Origin: Psammoneis japonica
Lineage: Eukaryota
Length of the DNA: 64,000 nucleotides
Assembly (NCBI GenBank): GCA_008632985.1
Contig: QPGO01000012.1
Coordinates: forward strand, 248,001 to 312,000
Direction of reading: 5' to 3'
Under the pieces are notes generated by a model. The model ran no database searches and was not told the DNA's origin. It worked only from the letters and a program-made list of their open reading frames with translations. Made by a program: the position numbers and the translations under genes. This document shows, piece after piece, positions 49,639 through 62,039 of the stretch (position 1 is the first letter of the stretch; every line of letters begins with the position of its first letter).

Positions 49639-50677
49639 CTACTTTCGGAGAAGCTTGGCTCCAACGAAAAGTGACACGCCCGCACAGGTCAGAGCACCAA
49701 TCGTACTGAGTCGCTGCTGCATGAGTACGCCATAGACACCAACCCGATCTTGATCTTCCTTTTCGGTTTGCTTTTGCCTCTTTTTCATCCCATCGGCTAC
49801 CGCAAAGAGCGCCCATGAAATGACGCCTCCGACCACAGGAGCTGATAGATTCACTGTAATTACGACACCGGCGGCGGTCGCCGCGACAACCGAAGCATGA
49901 CCAAGCCACGCGACTAGTTTTGCAGAGGCCGCATCTTTCATGGCAACCGCACCATTCAAATTCACCAAGGTTGCAGCCAATGTCCAACCAAAATGAAGCG
50001 TTGTGGGAAGCACATAAAGCATGTACTGACCAGCATCATAAGACGACGCAGCGGAGGATGTTACAGAATGCACTCGTGACATGGAGTACGCAGTGCCCGC
50101 CAGCAAACCAGCGCTGACAAACATTTTATTATCCTTGTAATATTTGGGTCGAAACGCGGCTGTCCACAAGGATTGCATCAAGTTGGCGACGCAAAAAGGA
50201 GCTGACATGCTCTTTACTAGAGGTGCAATCGGTGAAGATTCCGACAGAAGTAGTTGGCTCACAACAAGGCTCATTTCTCCCAAATAGATTGGTCCCCAGA
50301 TTGCGAATGCCCTGAAAATGAAACAGTATGGTAAGAACGAGAAACTCTAAATTAGATGTTACAATCAGGCACAATTGTTCTTACCAACCCGCAGGAGACA
50401 CCAACGTGCGGCCTCGTCTTCCTGGCGCTAGTTTCTCAATTTCATGATCTTTCCCATCAATTGTTTCTTCATTGTACTTTTGCGCATCACCATCAATCCT
50501 TCCGGGTCGAGAGACTGACAGGACGTTAATGGCAAAGGTTACAAAATTTGCAGCCTGAAGGGCGGACCAAGATACGACGTCGCGCTTCACGGCGTCTTCA
50601 AGATGCGGCAACAAGACAAACAAGCCCGCACCGGCAGTAGCCACCAGAGGCGGAGCATTCAATGCAGACAAACTCAT
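49639..50677 (-). CDS. Multi-pass membrane protein, TspO/MBR-like (intron 50312-50384)
   Basis: Splicing creates SPAGWAFAIWGPIY. TLHFGWTLAATLVNLN motif and several hydrophobic helices. Confidence 0.72.
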
Positions 50678-51591
50678 GATTGATGATTCTATCACAGTGG
50701 CGGAAGCAGCTTCAACACATCAACAGTGACGATTGACGATCTTTTCAACACGAAGTGTCAAAATCAAAAAGCTGTCAAAAAATCAAAAAATGGGAAGCCG
50801 TCGCGCGCCGGCGTCGCGCTCTTTCTCTTTAGTCGGAGTCTTACTCGTGTTTCTTTCTGCGACGGTTGTGTTTAACGTCGATTAGAGTAATAAAATTAAA
50901 GCGTGAATAACAATATAAGAATATTTTGTCTTCTCTACACAACCGATCAGGTAATGGGTTTGAGAGAGTGATATGACAAATCTAGCCCGCCACCAGCGAT
51001 CGTACAGACGTTACGTAGGAATCTTCGTACGACTCGAACACGTGAAGTCATTCACACAAAACTGAAACCACTCTCATGCCCAACACAACAACAAGACGAG
51101 TACCCAGTCGATTGCAATGAGCAACAATCCAAATGAATCGAGCGGTCGGTCGAATCTACCTAATCCAAGAAATGTAGAAGCACCATTGCCACAAGCGAGA
51201 CCAATGTTTAGGTGAGCAGAAGCAGGACGTCATGGCGTTGCCGTTGCTGCCGGTGAGGAGAGTTTTTTCGTGTCGGGGGCGAATGCAGTCGTACGGGAAA
51301 CCACATACAATTTTTTTCGCAGTATAAGTGTTTTCGTGATTTGAATTTATTCGTGTCTGAATAAGTGACACCTGATACACACGAAAAGGGCCTAATTGTT
51401 GCAAAGCCCGACTCCATATGCGATATACGGATACTTCTATAATAATTGCTGACAGCCCGCCAATACCTGAAGCTTTTCAAAAACGGGCGCGAGCCGCGGG
51501 TTTGCTTTCTCGCTGTTTCTGAAGCGTCCTCGCCACTCGCCACGCCACGATCAAAATCAATCACAATTTTTTCTTTCTAAAACTTTTCATC

Positions 51592-53016
51592 ATGACTTCT
51601 CCTCAATTCAGGTCCGCAGCGCTATCAGACCTTCCCGGAGAGCCCTCGCTTACGCTGGGATCTGCTTCTCGTGCTTCGTCACAACAAAAGAGCTTTGAGG
51701 CTTCGTTTGAGAGCGGCGACGTGATTGACAAGGAGGCGTTTTTTGGAAAATCTGCGGGAGTCGAGGATAATCAACAAAGCAGCAACTTTGTTCCCACTAA
51801 CTTACGACCGGTTCCAGCCTTTTATCCCTTGGAAAAGTCGAGTCGATTCGTGGACGATGACTTGGGCGCCGTCGCGACGCGGATATCCGAGTGCTTGCGT
51901 GTACTGAGTGTTCAGGCTATATATGATAACGAAACGGCAACGGCATCGCTGCTAACGGGCGAGAATGTCGAGATGCATCTCTCGCTTTGGAAGACGGAGG
52001 GCGGAACGGATCAGCCAGAGGGAATCGTGGTGGAGCTCCAGCGTCGCAAGGGATGCTCTATTACCTTTCACCGATACAGTCGCCATGTGCTTGACGCCGC
52101 GATTGGAGACTTTGATTTGCCCGAGTTTGTCAGAAAGAACGGGGACGAGGTGGATCGTGCGTATTCACGCAAGCTTGAACGACTTTTGAGTACGGGACGG
52201 GATACAGGAAACGAGCAAGAGAATGCCGTTATCGCGATTGAGATTGCGCACGGGCTTCTCATGAAGGACCGCATGGATGCCAGACAGCTTGGTCTGGAGA
52301 GCTTGTGTCTATTGACCGACCCTCAAAAGACTGGTACCACGACTGCCTACATTACCAGTCACGTGGTGTTGCTTGGCACCGCGCGTGGGCCCCTTCAAGA
52401 GCAAGGAGATGGAATGGTGTTTGACGAAGCTCCCTTTCAAGAGATCCGGGAGACCATCCTCTCGTTGGTTCAGCTTCGTCGGATTGGAGACGAGGAGGAT
52501 TTCAGCGAAGACGATGCGGAGCGAGACATTGGCGACGATAGTGACCTCATGGTTGGCCACATGGAAGACCAAGAGCACCTCTCTCTTCTTCACAACTTGG
52601 CGCTTGCGGTACTGGCAAATGCTCTAAACGTGATTCAGAACTACGATGCGATCGACGCGGAACCCGAAGAAACTTCCAAAATGCCCGCTGCAACGCCAGT
52701 CATGACACCGACTGACATTACCAAGACGTTCATGGAGGATGCCAAGGAATTCTCGAAGAAGGACGTCCTTTCCACTCTAATTAACGAGCTTGACAAGGCT
52801 TCAAGAAAGCCTCATAATGCCGCCTTGAGTGCCAAGTGCCTGCGATGCATGTTTGGCGCGTCCAAGGATGCCCGCAAGCGTGCTCGAGACTTGGGAGCCA
52901 AGCAGGTGGTCAACACGGCTTTGGATGTGGGCCAGCGTACACACGCTAAACTGGAAAACGAATGCAAAAAGGTTGTCAAGGTTCTCACGGAGACGGTAGA
53001 CCAGGACGAGCGGTAG
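51592..53016 (+). CDS. Hypothetical protein (474 aa), possible KA1-like plus helical repeat region
   Basis: Long single-exon ORF with normal codon use. IVVELQRRKGCSITF motif and a helical C-terminus. Confidence 0.75.
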   Translation: MTSPQFRSAALSDLPGEPSLTLGSASRASSQQKSFEASFESGDVIDKEAFFGKSAGVEDNQQSSNFVPTNLRPVPAFYPLEKSSRFVDDDLGAVATRISECLRVLSVQAIYDNETATASLLTGENVEMHLSLWKTEGGTDQPEGIVVELQRRKGCSITFHRYSRHVLDAAIGDFDLPEFVRKNGDEVDRAYSRKLERLLSTGRDTGNEQENAVIAIEIAHGLLMKDRMDARQLGLESLCLLTDPQKTGTTTAYITSHVVLLGTARGPLQEQGDGMVFDEAPFQEIRETILSLVQLRRIGDEEDFSEDDAERDIGDDSDLMVGHMEDQEHLSLLHNLALAVLANALNVIQNYDAIDAEPEETSKMPAATPVMTPTDITKTFMEDAKEFSKKDVLSTLINELDKASRKPHNAALSAKCLRCMFGASKDARKRARDLGAKQVVNTALDVGQRTHAKLENECKKVVKVLTETVDQDER

Positions 53017-53958
53017 TTTGTTGCATACCGCTTTTTTGAAATACTGACACACACACTAACTCAATCATTATAGTTACGATATTTGCTTGATCTACTTCTA
53101 CGTATCCTTACCGTACCGTCTGGTGTTACAATAGCTTTTTGAAATGAAACCGAAAGACAGCCGCCTTGCTTCCAGTCGTCGATCGACATACGTATTGCTT
53201 TACCTATTTTGCTGCATAAACCGACAAGCTCTAGCTAAAATAGATGGTTGTTTGATGCCGGGTACCAGTACTGTACCTCCGTGCCACCTCTCATGGCCTC
53301 GTCCGGAGCAGGAGTGTCTGCTGAAGCATTTGGCTCTCTCCAATAAAATGTCGCGGCACAAAACGCGCTTTTCGCGAAGCGAACGAGCAATCCATCAAGG
53401 ATCGCATACAGTGTTCCAGTATTGCGCTCGCAGAGACCCAAACGGGACCTTGCCCAAAGAGGAAGGTTCACCGGTATCATCTCAACTCAGCTTAACGCAT
53501 GGGCATCGTCGCGACGAGCACGGGGCGACACATCAGCTTCATCGGAATTGGTCTTGTCGTCTTGAAATTTCCTCTTCGGGCACCTCTCCTTGAGTAGCAA
53601 TGACCACGGTACGCTCGGGCATCGCGATTGCGCTGATTACCCTTGATTCCAATAGAAATCCCCGGCCCCGATGCCATATTGCGAGTCCGAGTCCCTTGAG
53701 AACAAAGAAAGAGGATGATTAATGGGCAAAGCATTGTAGCCAAATGGGATTGCAGGGGTCCTGTACGTACCTTCAATCATATGGGGGCATAGCTGTCGAT
53801 GCCTAGAGTTTGCAGGAGAAAGTACATCAGAGCAAAGCCAGGAGTTTTTTTTTTTCACGCGCTGTCTGCTCTACCGGTACATTACTCTAGCTATGGCGTA
53901 GCTAAGGAAGGATCTAATAGGAGGTATTCAAATATGCGGAGTTTGTGAAAGGGAGCTG

Positions 53959-55472
53959 TCAGTTGTAACGAAAGAGGTATGCACCGTTGTCGCCAAAGTC
54001 CAAGAATGTGAGGCTGTCTTTGTGTTTTCGCACGTTTTCAAGGGCCTCTGCTGTCATACCGCCCCACCAAGAGCGTCCGTTCTTGGCAGCGACATAATAT
54101 TCCCCATCAGGTCCAAGCGAAACGCAAGCAAGATCAGCTCTTCTTTGCCGTCTTCGGAGGACGTCGCTCAATCCGTGTGGAATGCTGCTGCATGCCCAGT
54201 AACCATCAGAAAACACAATAAAGTAAGAATCCCAATCTCCACCAAAAGCTACTGACTCAACGGGCCTCGAGTTTTCTTTCAGCTTCTTGGACATTTCATC
54301 ACAGCCAACCCATTCACTTTTCCCATCGGCAAATCGGATGTAGTAGCGGTTCTGAGATCCAATGGAAACGTATGTGGGCTTCGGCAGCGATGCCTGGCGC
54401 CCATTCAGCTTGTTGTGCAGTAATTTTGGTAAACCGGCCGACCAACTCCACCCTCCGTGTTCATATAGCAAAATCGTAGAAGTTCCACCACAGGAGATGC
54501 AGGTCACCCTCTCGTTGAAATTCTTGGAAACATGATCGGCATTTGTAAGGAAGATTTCTAAATACTTGCCTCTCTCAAGCCGTTTTTGTTTTTTTGCTTC
54601 CTCTTTAGCAATCTGGGCCAGGCGTTCTCTCTCACGGCGCTCGGCCTCATGGCGCTCTTTCTCACGGCGCTCGGCCTCGGCCTGTTGACGTCGTCTTTCT
54701 TCAAGCTCAAGCCGTTTTTGCTTTCTTGCTTCCTCTCTAGCAATCTGGGCCAGGCGTTCTCTCTCACGGCGCTCGGCCTCGGCCTGTTGACGTCGTTTTT
54801 CTTCAAAATAATCCAGCACATTTTGTACCGCCAAGACTTGATCGTCCAAGTTTTTCCTCTCTGTTACCAACCTGTCCCTTTCTTGTTCTAACAAAATCAT
54901 TTGTTCCTTTGCAGCAGTTTCCTCATCAACGACTTCTTCCATGACTTCCTCGAGCTGATCTGGATCTACATGATAGATGGCGTCGTCATCGTACCGCACT
55001 TTGATCTTGCCCGAGCGAGTTCCATAGCCGATTACATCTGAGAGCACTGTACAGTTTGTATAGCCCCTAACGTAGGCTCTACTTCCAACTGAAACTTGGA
55101 CCCGACGACTCCTCGTGGCAACCCGTTTGTGAGCTTCATTCGCTTTGCTGTACCACCTTGTACATCAGCAACTGCCTTCTTACGGTGATACCCAGTCCCC
55201 GTATGAAGTCGAGGATTTCGAAAGATCTCAACCAGTGTTTCCAATGTAACATTTCTACGAAAAAGCTGGGTACGACCTTGTCTTGGGTGGTTTATGCAGG
55301 TCGCGACCGTGCCTGTGGTGTAATACACATTGATGCGAACACGATCGACTTCTTCGCCAGGCCTCGCAAAAGACACAATTCGCGACTTCTCATTGAAGTA
55401 GGCCTCCTTGAATCCCTCAGCTTTCGCAAGTCTTCTCACTGCTTCCAAATCCAGTGCTGCCATGGTCGACAT
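53959..55472 (-). CDS. Hypothetical protein: RINVYYTTGTV domain, coiled coil and repeated aromatic beta motifs; apparent frameshift at ~55091
   Basis: Adding one C (ttt c[c]a gtt) joins the two ORFs as KFPVGSRAYVRGY. Duplicated RRQQAEAERRERERLAQIA unit. Repeated V(S/A)xG...Y(Y/F)(I/V)xF.DG..W motifs. Confidence 0.72.
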
Positions 55473-56868
55473 GCTTTGAATGAGTCGTCGCTCGAGCTCA
55501 AGGAACACTGCAATGAAAAAAGGAGAAAAGCGCGGGTGACTCCTCCACTGTGCACTGTGGAATCTGGAATCTTCGGAATGAAGAGAGTTTCAATGCAGTC
55601 ATCCGAAATTGGAAATGTTTTCTTCATTACCGAATACATGGGACATGTATGCTCGTTTGCTGTGCACTTTTCGAACTTCGCCAAACTGCAGAAACGGCAT
55701 GCACCAAATTCATTGACATCAGAATCATCATTTAGAAGCCTTCATTGTAATTGAATCAGAGACAACAACAGCAGCTAAAACAACCACTGAGAAAAACGCG
55801 AGAACTCGACTCAGCACATTTTGTTGAATTTGTGCCCCTCCCCAGCTGCACAAAATGACAGCCTCTCTTGACCTCAACCAGGAGTTTCTGCCAGTTTGTG
55901 TGCCCATGACCACCAAGATTCAAATCCTCAATGCTTGTTCCCATTGCTCCTTTGGCAAGGAATGGATGGGCTCTGTGGCACAGACCTTGGCGCGAGAGAG
56001 CAAATGTGCAGATTGTCAGTTGCCCGCTGGACCAACTTTCTCTCAGAATCACCATGCTGGTTGGCAGTGCTGCTGGAAGTCCAGTCTGGATCTCTGATCT
56101 CATTCTTTTCAATGTGTCTGCAGCAGCTTTGATGCATTGCCCCCTGAGATCTTGTCCGCTTGTTGACATTGCTGCTGAAATCTTCAGCACAGCAGCCACG
56201 TGGCAACCCTCTTGCCACCTGCCCCAGACATCTCCTCCATGTCCGCAAATGCTTTCCCAATGCCCACTCTGATGCCTTGCCAGGAGGCAAACTGTTTGGC
56301 CATGTCTCCCTCTCATGCATCAGTTCATCGACGGTCTTGTTCGCTCCCGAGCGACCACGCACGTGGCGGTGGTGCTTGGTGCCAAGATTGCGGGGTGCTG
56401 GCTGTTGTTGTTGGGCTGCCATCATCAACAGTGGCACCGGTGACATTTGAATGAATGCTGGTATGATGTGCACTCGTTGCCCTTATTGCGTTCAATGTTG
56501 CATGTTGCTTCTCTGTGATCATGTTGTTTGAACACGCCCCGCTGCTCTGGCCGTGCGTGCTGTGTGCTGATGGACGCGACGGATAGACGGACGTGCTTCT
56601 GCTAAAAGAAGTTTGAAAGCCTAAAACCAATAGGTTCTTATCCACGATTGAGTTGATTTTTCAAAAAAGAAACCTTTCGCGGATGCCAACGCAACAATAC
56701 GATTAGATTTCGCGAACGCAGCGTGAACAAGAGCAACATGTGCATTTCACTGCACATTCGTCTCCGAACAACAATACTATCAACCCTTTCAACAGATAAT
56801 CGACTTGTCAAGTCGCTGCTCTCTTATCCTTCCTTTGCTCTCTATTCCACGTCTATCTCTCGCTCATC

Positions 56869-57588
56869 ATGACTGTCTGTACTGGCGTGTTCATCAAGAC
56901 GTACGATCGTTATTTGCGTCGCAATCCCGTCATTCTCTATTTCTATCCCCTATCCAAAAAGAAACAGGTCAAGCCCCGCGTCCATTACACCAAGGACGGT
57001 TGGAAAAAGGTATACAATTGCCGCAACATGCGCAAATTCAAGAGAGCCATCAACGAGTCCAATCCCGATTACTTCCCCAAGTCACTCGACAAGTGGACCA
57101 TGTTGTTGTACGGGATTAATCACGAATTGAATTATTGTCGCGTCGACATGGACGAAGACTTTCGTCAAGGCAATTGGATCATTACGTGTTTGCTCATTCG
57201 GGGACTCTTTTACAAGACACAGAATTTGCCGCTGTCGCGGCTGTTTGAAGAAGACTATGACGAGTACTTGTTGCACGCCGTGGTGGGTCTACCCAGTGGA
57301 CTCTTGCCAAGACGGTTTGTCAAACAAGTCTTTGAGGAATACCAACATCAAGCAACTATCAAGGGACCGATTCGGGACCGGCTGCCACTGGCGGTGGCCA
57401 TGTCGGTGGGTGCGTCACGTGATATTACCGATCAACTCATGGTTTTGAATCCCTACGCCATTTCACAAAGAGATGCCGACGGCCTTGTTCCGGCCGACTT
57501 GGCTGTGGCTCATGTTGATCCTACCGTGAAGCAAGAATGGGAACAAGAACACGATAGTGCCGTTGTGTATACGAGCATGTGCTTTTAG
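56869..57588 (+). CDS. Hypothetical protein with degenerate ankyrin-like C-terminus
   Basis: Tyr-containing ORF of normal composition. LLHAVV, RLPLAVA and NPYAISQRDADGLVP motifs. Confidence 0.65.
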   Translation: MTVCTGVFIKTYDRYLRRNPVILYFYPLSKKKQVKPRVHYTKDGWKKVYNCRNMRKFKRAINESNPDYFPKSLDKWTMLLYGINHELNYCRVDMDEDFRQGNWIITCLLIRGLFYKTQNLPLSRLFEEDYDEYLLHAVVGLPSGLLPRRFVKQVFEEYQHQATIKGPIRDRLPLAVAMSVGASRDITDQLMVLNPYAISQRDADGLVPADLAVAHVDPTVKQEWEQEHDSAVVYTSMCF

Positions 57589-57795
57589 ATTGTTTGCCAT
57601 GCGCTGGTACAATCGAGGAACCGGGTCTGACCGGAACGGGGGTTATTTCGGTCGTCAAACAATCAAATGAATACTGTAATGGATACTCTCTAGCACGTAC
57701 TTCTAAACTTAACAAGACAGTAGCAGAGTTACAAATATTCAACAGTTTTACTATGAAGGCAACACGCTATTCGTATTCCAACTGAGAGACTGAAT

Positions 57796-59156
57796 TTAGC
57801 TGAGCTTTTTGGACGTTCCATTCGTACCAGCATGTCCGTTCGTCGTGACGGCATGTCCATTCTGACTCTGACCAGAAGAATGGCCATTGGCTTGAGAATG
57901 CCCATTGCTGCTACTGCTCTTGTTGTTGCGTGTCGGTGACACGGCCACTTGTGATTCTCCACTCTTGTGTTCACTCAAATCATGGCGTTCACCCTTTCGT
58001 ACCAACAACCATCCCATTTTCAAAAACATTCCAAACCACAAGACGTGAAGTAAAATAATCAATCCCACCAAGGACACAAAGAATGGCTTGTAGACATGAT
58101 GATAGATTGGATCGACATTTTCATTCACCATCCAACTCTCTTGTAGAATCGACTTGTAAATACAAAAGGGCAAAATACCGAGACGAAACACGAGCCAAAA
58201 CAACACCATGGTACAAAAACCGGCAATGGTACACTTTTTCCACTTCAAAAAGTTTGCCAATTTGCTAACATCGACGGGAACATCGGAAATGTCATGGACC
58301 AAAAACACCATGGATCCAATGCGTGTAAATCGAAAGTACGAACTCCCAATCACCAACAGATTGGTCACCACGTGATGAATGGCCATTTCACGAAAATCAC
58401 CACGAACCGTTTTGGACCATCCCATGACAATGGGATTCTTGGAGAGCTTACCGGATTTATCAAAAGGATTTTGTAGTTTCATGGTCAAACTGAGTTCTGC
58501 CAAGGACAGCAACGCTTCCAAATTGTACGCACATTGCACGAGATAATACCACGTCATACCCACTTGTACTTCATGATGAGGAAAGTCTTGAAACAAATAT
58601 ACCGTTCCATGCTTTTTCCACCACGGTTTGTTGTAAAAATACAAAATCCCAAAGACACTCACGGCAAAATGAAACAACAGCCGAAAGACGTATTCACCAA
58701 ATTTAAGGATTCGTTCTTCGTTTTGTCGTTCCCATTCGATCCCGTGCGTGTGTCGTCCCGCACGACGACCGATACTGGAAAAGTATGGCAAGAGGATTGC
58801 CTTGATGGAACGCAACATCAACACCAACACCACCAAGACGAGGACCGCTAACGGTGTTGTGACTAAACTTAAGTCGGTCGTGGACGTTTCAAAGGCATAC
58901 TTGTACATACTACTAATGGAGTGTTTCGGAGGAGGTACCTTGCCAAATAATTCGAATACGACAAGGTCTCGGGAAAACTTTCCGAGACATTGCCTAATTC
59001 ATAATCAAGTCCCGTTTTTTGAACAAGAGTCGTGGGCAATGCGTCACGCCAATTTTGGCATGGCAGCATTTGTTCACATACCATGTCGATGCTTTTCGAT
59101 AAAATCAACACCATGGATGGTGGATAGTTGGAAGTTTCTTCATTAGTTTCAATCAT
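57796..59156 (-). CDS. LAG1: Ceramide synthase (TLC / Lag1 family), apparent frameshift at ~58940
   Basis: Lag1 motif RGDFREMAIHHVVTNLL...TRIGSMVFLVHDISDVPVD and KFGEYVFRLLFH. Multiple transmembrane helices. Confidence 0.9.
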
Positions 59157-59749
59157 GATATAATGTGTATAGTCAATTTGTTGTTGTGTTGCGCAATATG
59201 CTATCAAACAACAAACAAACAACCTCTTGATAGAGAGTATGAACAACGCAGAACACAATCTTCTGAGCACAAAAAGTCTTTGAGATGCAACGTGGTCGGT
59301 CGGTGGTTGGAGGGAGAGAGGAGGCACATACGTGCGTTTCATTCAATTTATTTGTAAATAAAGATATTCAATATTCAAATCTTGTGTACATTTCTACGGC
59401 CAGTCACAGCCGGAGAGATGAATCTTGCAAGATCTACATGCGCGTTTTCCGTATATCCATGACATACCAAGAACGTACGTGAATCAACGTAAAAACATTG
59501 CTATTGATAATCTTTATTCCCAATAACTTTAATTAAAAAAAAGTAACCGTCCTTGTAGACGTGGAAAATTTGAAACGATTGCCCGCCAAAGCGTCTGTGC
59601 GTCGTTTGTCCAGGTTTCGCGGACACGGCCCGGGCAGGTGCCGCACCCATCCACACGACGAACACTGGAGACATGTGTACACTGCAGCTGGTTGGCGTCC
59701 AGAGAAGAGTGTGTGTGGTTGACACAAGTTTTTTCTGATCCAAACACTG

Positions 59750-62000
59750 CACTGCGTTTGTGTGATTTGAAGGGAATGCTGGTGCTCTTCCCACTGCAAA
59801 TCATGCCCGAGAAAACATGCAGTGTGCTTTGAAATGTGTGCCATGGACAACAACAACAGAGGGCACGACCAGGATGTGGAGGGGACCCCTCTCACAATCA
59901 GAGGTGGCGGGGCAGTGGTGGCAAAAAATCCATCAAACATGACACACAACAAACATGTCACAGTGGAGATTGAAAGTGAAAGCTGTGTGTGCCACTGCTG
60001 TGCAAAGCTCTGAAAGCAACCCCTTTTTCTTCAATGAGCTTGAGAGCTCACCAACTGGCCAGAGAGCTGCTGCCAGAGAGCAACAGCCTCTCCAGTCTTG
60101 GCGCACCAAAGGTTGCCCATGCAAAATTGTTGCCAATGAGTGGCCCTTCTCTCTGGAGCAATGACAACCCTGCATCAAACAAGTTGGGCACAAAGACTTG
60201 CCCCCTTTTTTTCTTTTTGGGGTTGCCAGGTGGCTGGCCAATCTGGCTTGGCATCCTTTGATTTGTGTTTGCAGCACCAGCAAAAGAACCTTCTCAAATG
60301 AAACAACAATGACAACAAGGCAGGAAAGCTTGAGAGAACAGAGTTGTGTGTCTGAGAGGGGTGCCAAACCAACAAGCCAATGTCACCCCCAAAAGGAAAT
60401 CCTGTCAGGTTTCCTGGTGTGCTGCTTGTCACAACCACTTTTGCCTTTGCCACCTGTGGGGTGGCTTTGGGCTGCCTGGAAGTTGTCAATGCAAGCTTCA
60501 AACTTGCAATGCAACAAAGGCCTTGGTGACACCAATCAAACTTAAAGATGAGAGAGATCCATGATGATGAAATCTTGATTGCAAAGAGTTGCACCACATC
60601 TGCCATGTCAGGAGCCACCACAGCATGTTCTCTTCAACACATTTGAGTTGCTTGCATTTCCAGTCTTTTGGATGTTCCAACACACTCCTGCTGCTCACAT
60701 GGACATTCTGCTGATTGGACAAGAAGTCCAAATGGCAGGGAGGAGGGCAAATGTTTCCCTCCGGCAGCAGTCATGGTGACCAAACTGGGCATCATGTTCA
60801 CCTGTTTCTTGCCCAACAACCAATGTCTTGCAACTCAGAAGCATGCAAGATCAACCATCTTGTCAAATGAGCATGATGCATCTTGGACACACTCCACAAA
60901 ATGCTCTGCATGAGCATGATGAGAAATCTCTCTCTTGCAACTTTGCTGCATGAACCATCAATGGGACTCACAATCCAGCCATTGACAACTGCCTCAGGAG
61001 CAAAATCAAAGAACTCCAATGTGTTGCAAAATCACTTGTGATTGGGGTTTGCACAGCCAATGTCACAGTGGAAGAATGATGCCAATTTCCTTGTGTTGCA
61101 AATGATGCTTTCTGTGGCATCCTTCACATGTCCACAATGACTCCATTTGTCATCAAGACTGGGGCTCTTGGTGAGTTGCACAAGGGCGCCACATGTCCCA
61201 CACATGTCCATCCTGCAAGCAGGAAAACTGACCTCTCTGAAACTTTGTGCAGGTCATGCAGCATGTCACACTCATCCCAGGGCTGGTTGCAGCAACTCAT
61301 TGCTCATTGAACCACCAGCAGTGCACTCTCATCACACAAGTGCTCCTCGCCATCTTCATGTCATTTCACACAACATGGTTTGCCTCACCTGTTGGCTTGG
61401 CCTCCAGCAACTTGCCACAACATTCTTTGGTCTTGTGTGCTTTGTGCACACATTGTGTGATGGCAGTCACATGCTCTCCTCAGGTTGTCATGAATGGAGA
61501 ACATTTTGGCATGGCAGTGGACAAACACTCGCACAATTCGGGCTTCCGCCACCAGTGGCACAATTCCTTGCTCACTTCCTTCAGCAACAGGCACTCATTC
61601 ATCCACAGGTCTTGCCACATGGTGACCACTTTTGGTTCTGGTGCAGCACTCCAATCTTTCCAAGGTGCATCAACAGAAGCTCTTTTTGTCTCATCAAAGA
61701 TGTCTCCCAAATGAGTTGGGTCCATGACGTCACATTGGAGACATGGGTTGAGAGTCAACCTCATCTTGTTGCACCTCTTGTGCCACTGCATCAATTCATT
61801 TTTTGCTTTGCCACAGCCCTCATTGGTGGCTGCTTGTCTTTCATCATCATCATTTCTGCAAGCTTGTCATGCTTGTCCTGGCAGCAGCAAGGCTGCTGCT
61901 GGGTCATCATGTCATGCATCACATTGAAGCTCACCAAGCAGCTCCTCAGCATTTGTTGGGTCCAGCATGGTTAACGACTGCTTTGAACAAGATCAGATTG
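59750..62000 (-). mobile_element. Decayed Copia gag-protease-integrase fragment (tentative)
   Basis: LSNQQNVHVSSRSVL (from LLDNQSTVHVF), QTQIKGCQARLASHLATP (GAG-pre-integrase-like) and LHCDMFVV. Confidence 0.5.
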
Positions 62001-62039
62001 TGACCAGCTGAGCTGCGTGGCTCATGACACCTTCTGGGT

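Noticed and set aside
62015..62035. ggctcatgac as a tRNA-iMet primer-binding site
   Set aside because: No adjacent LTR found, and it may simply be the end of the RNase H coding region.
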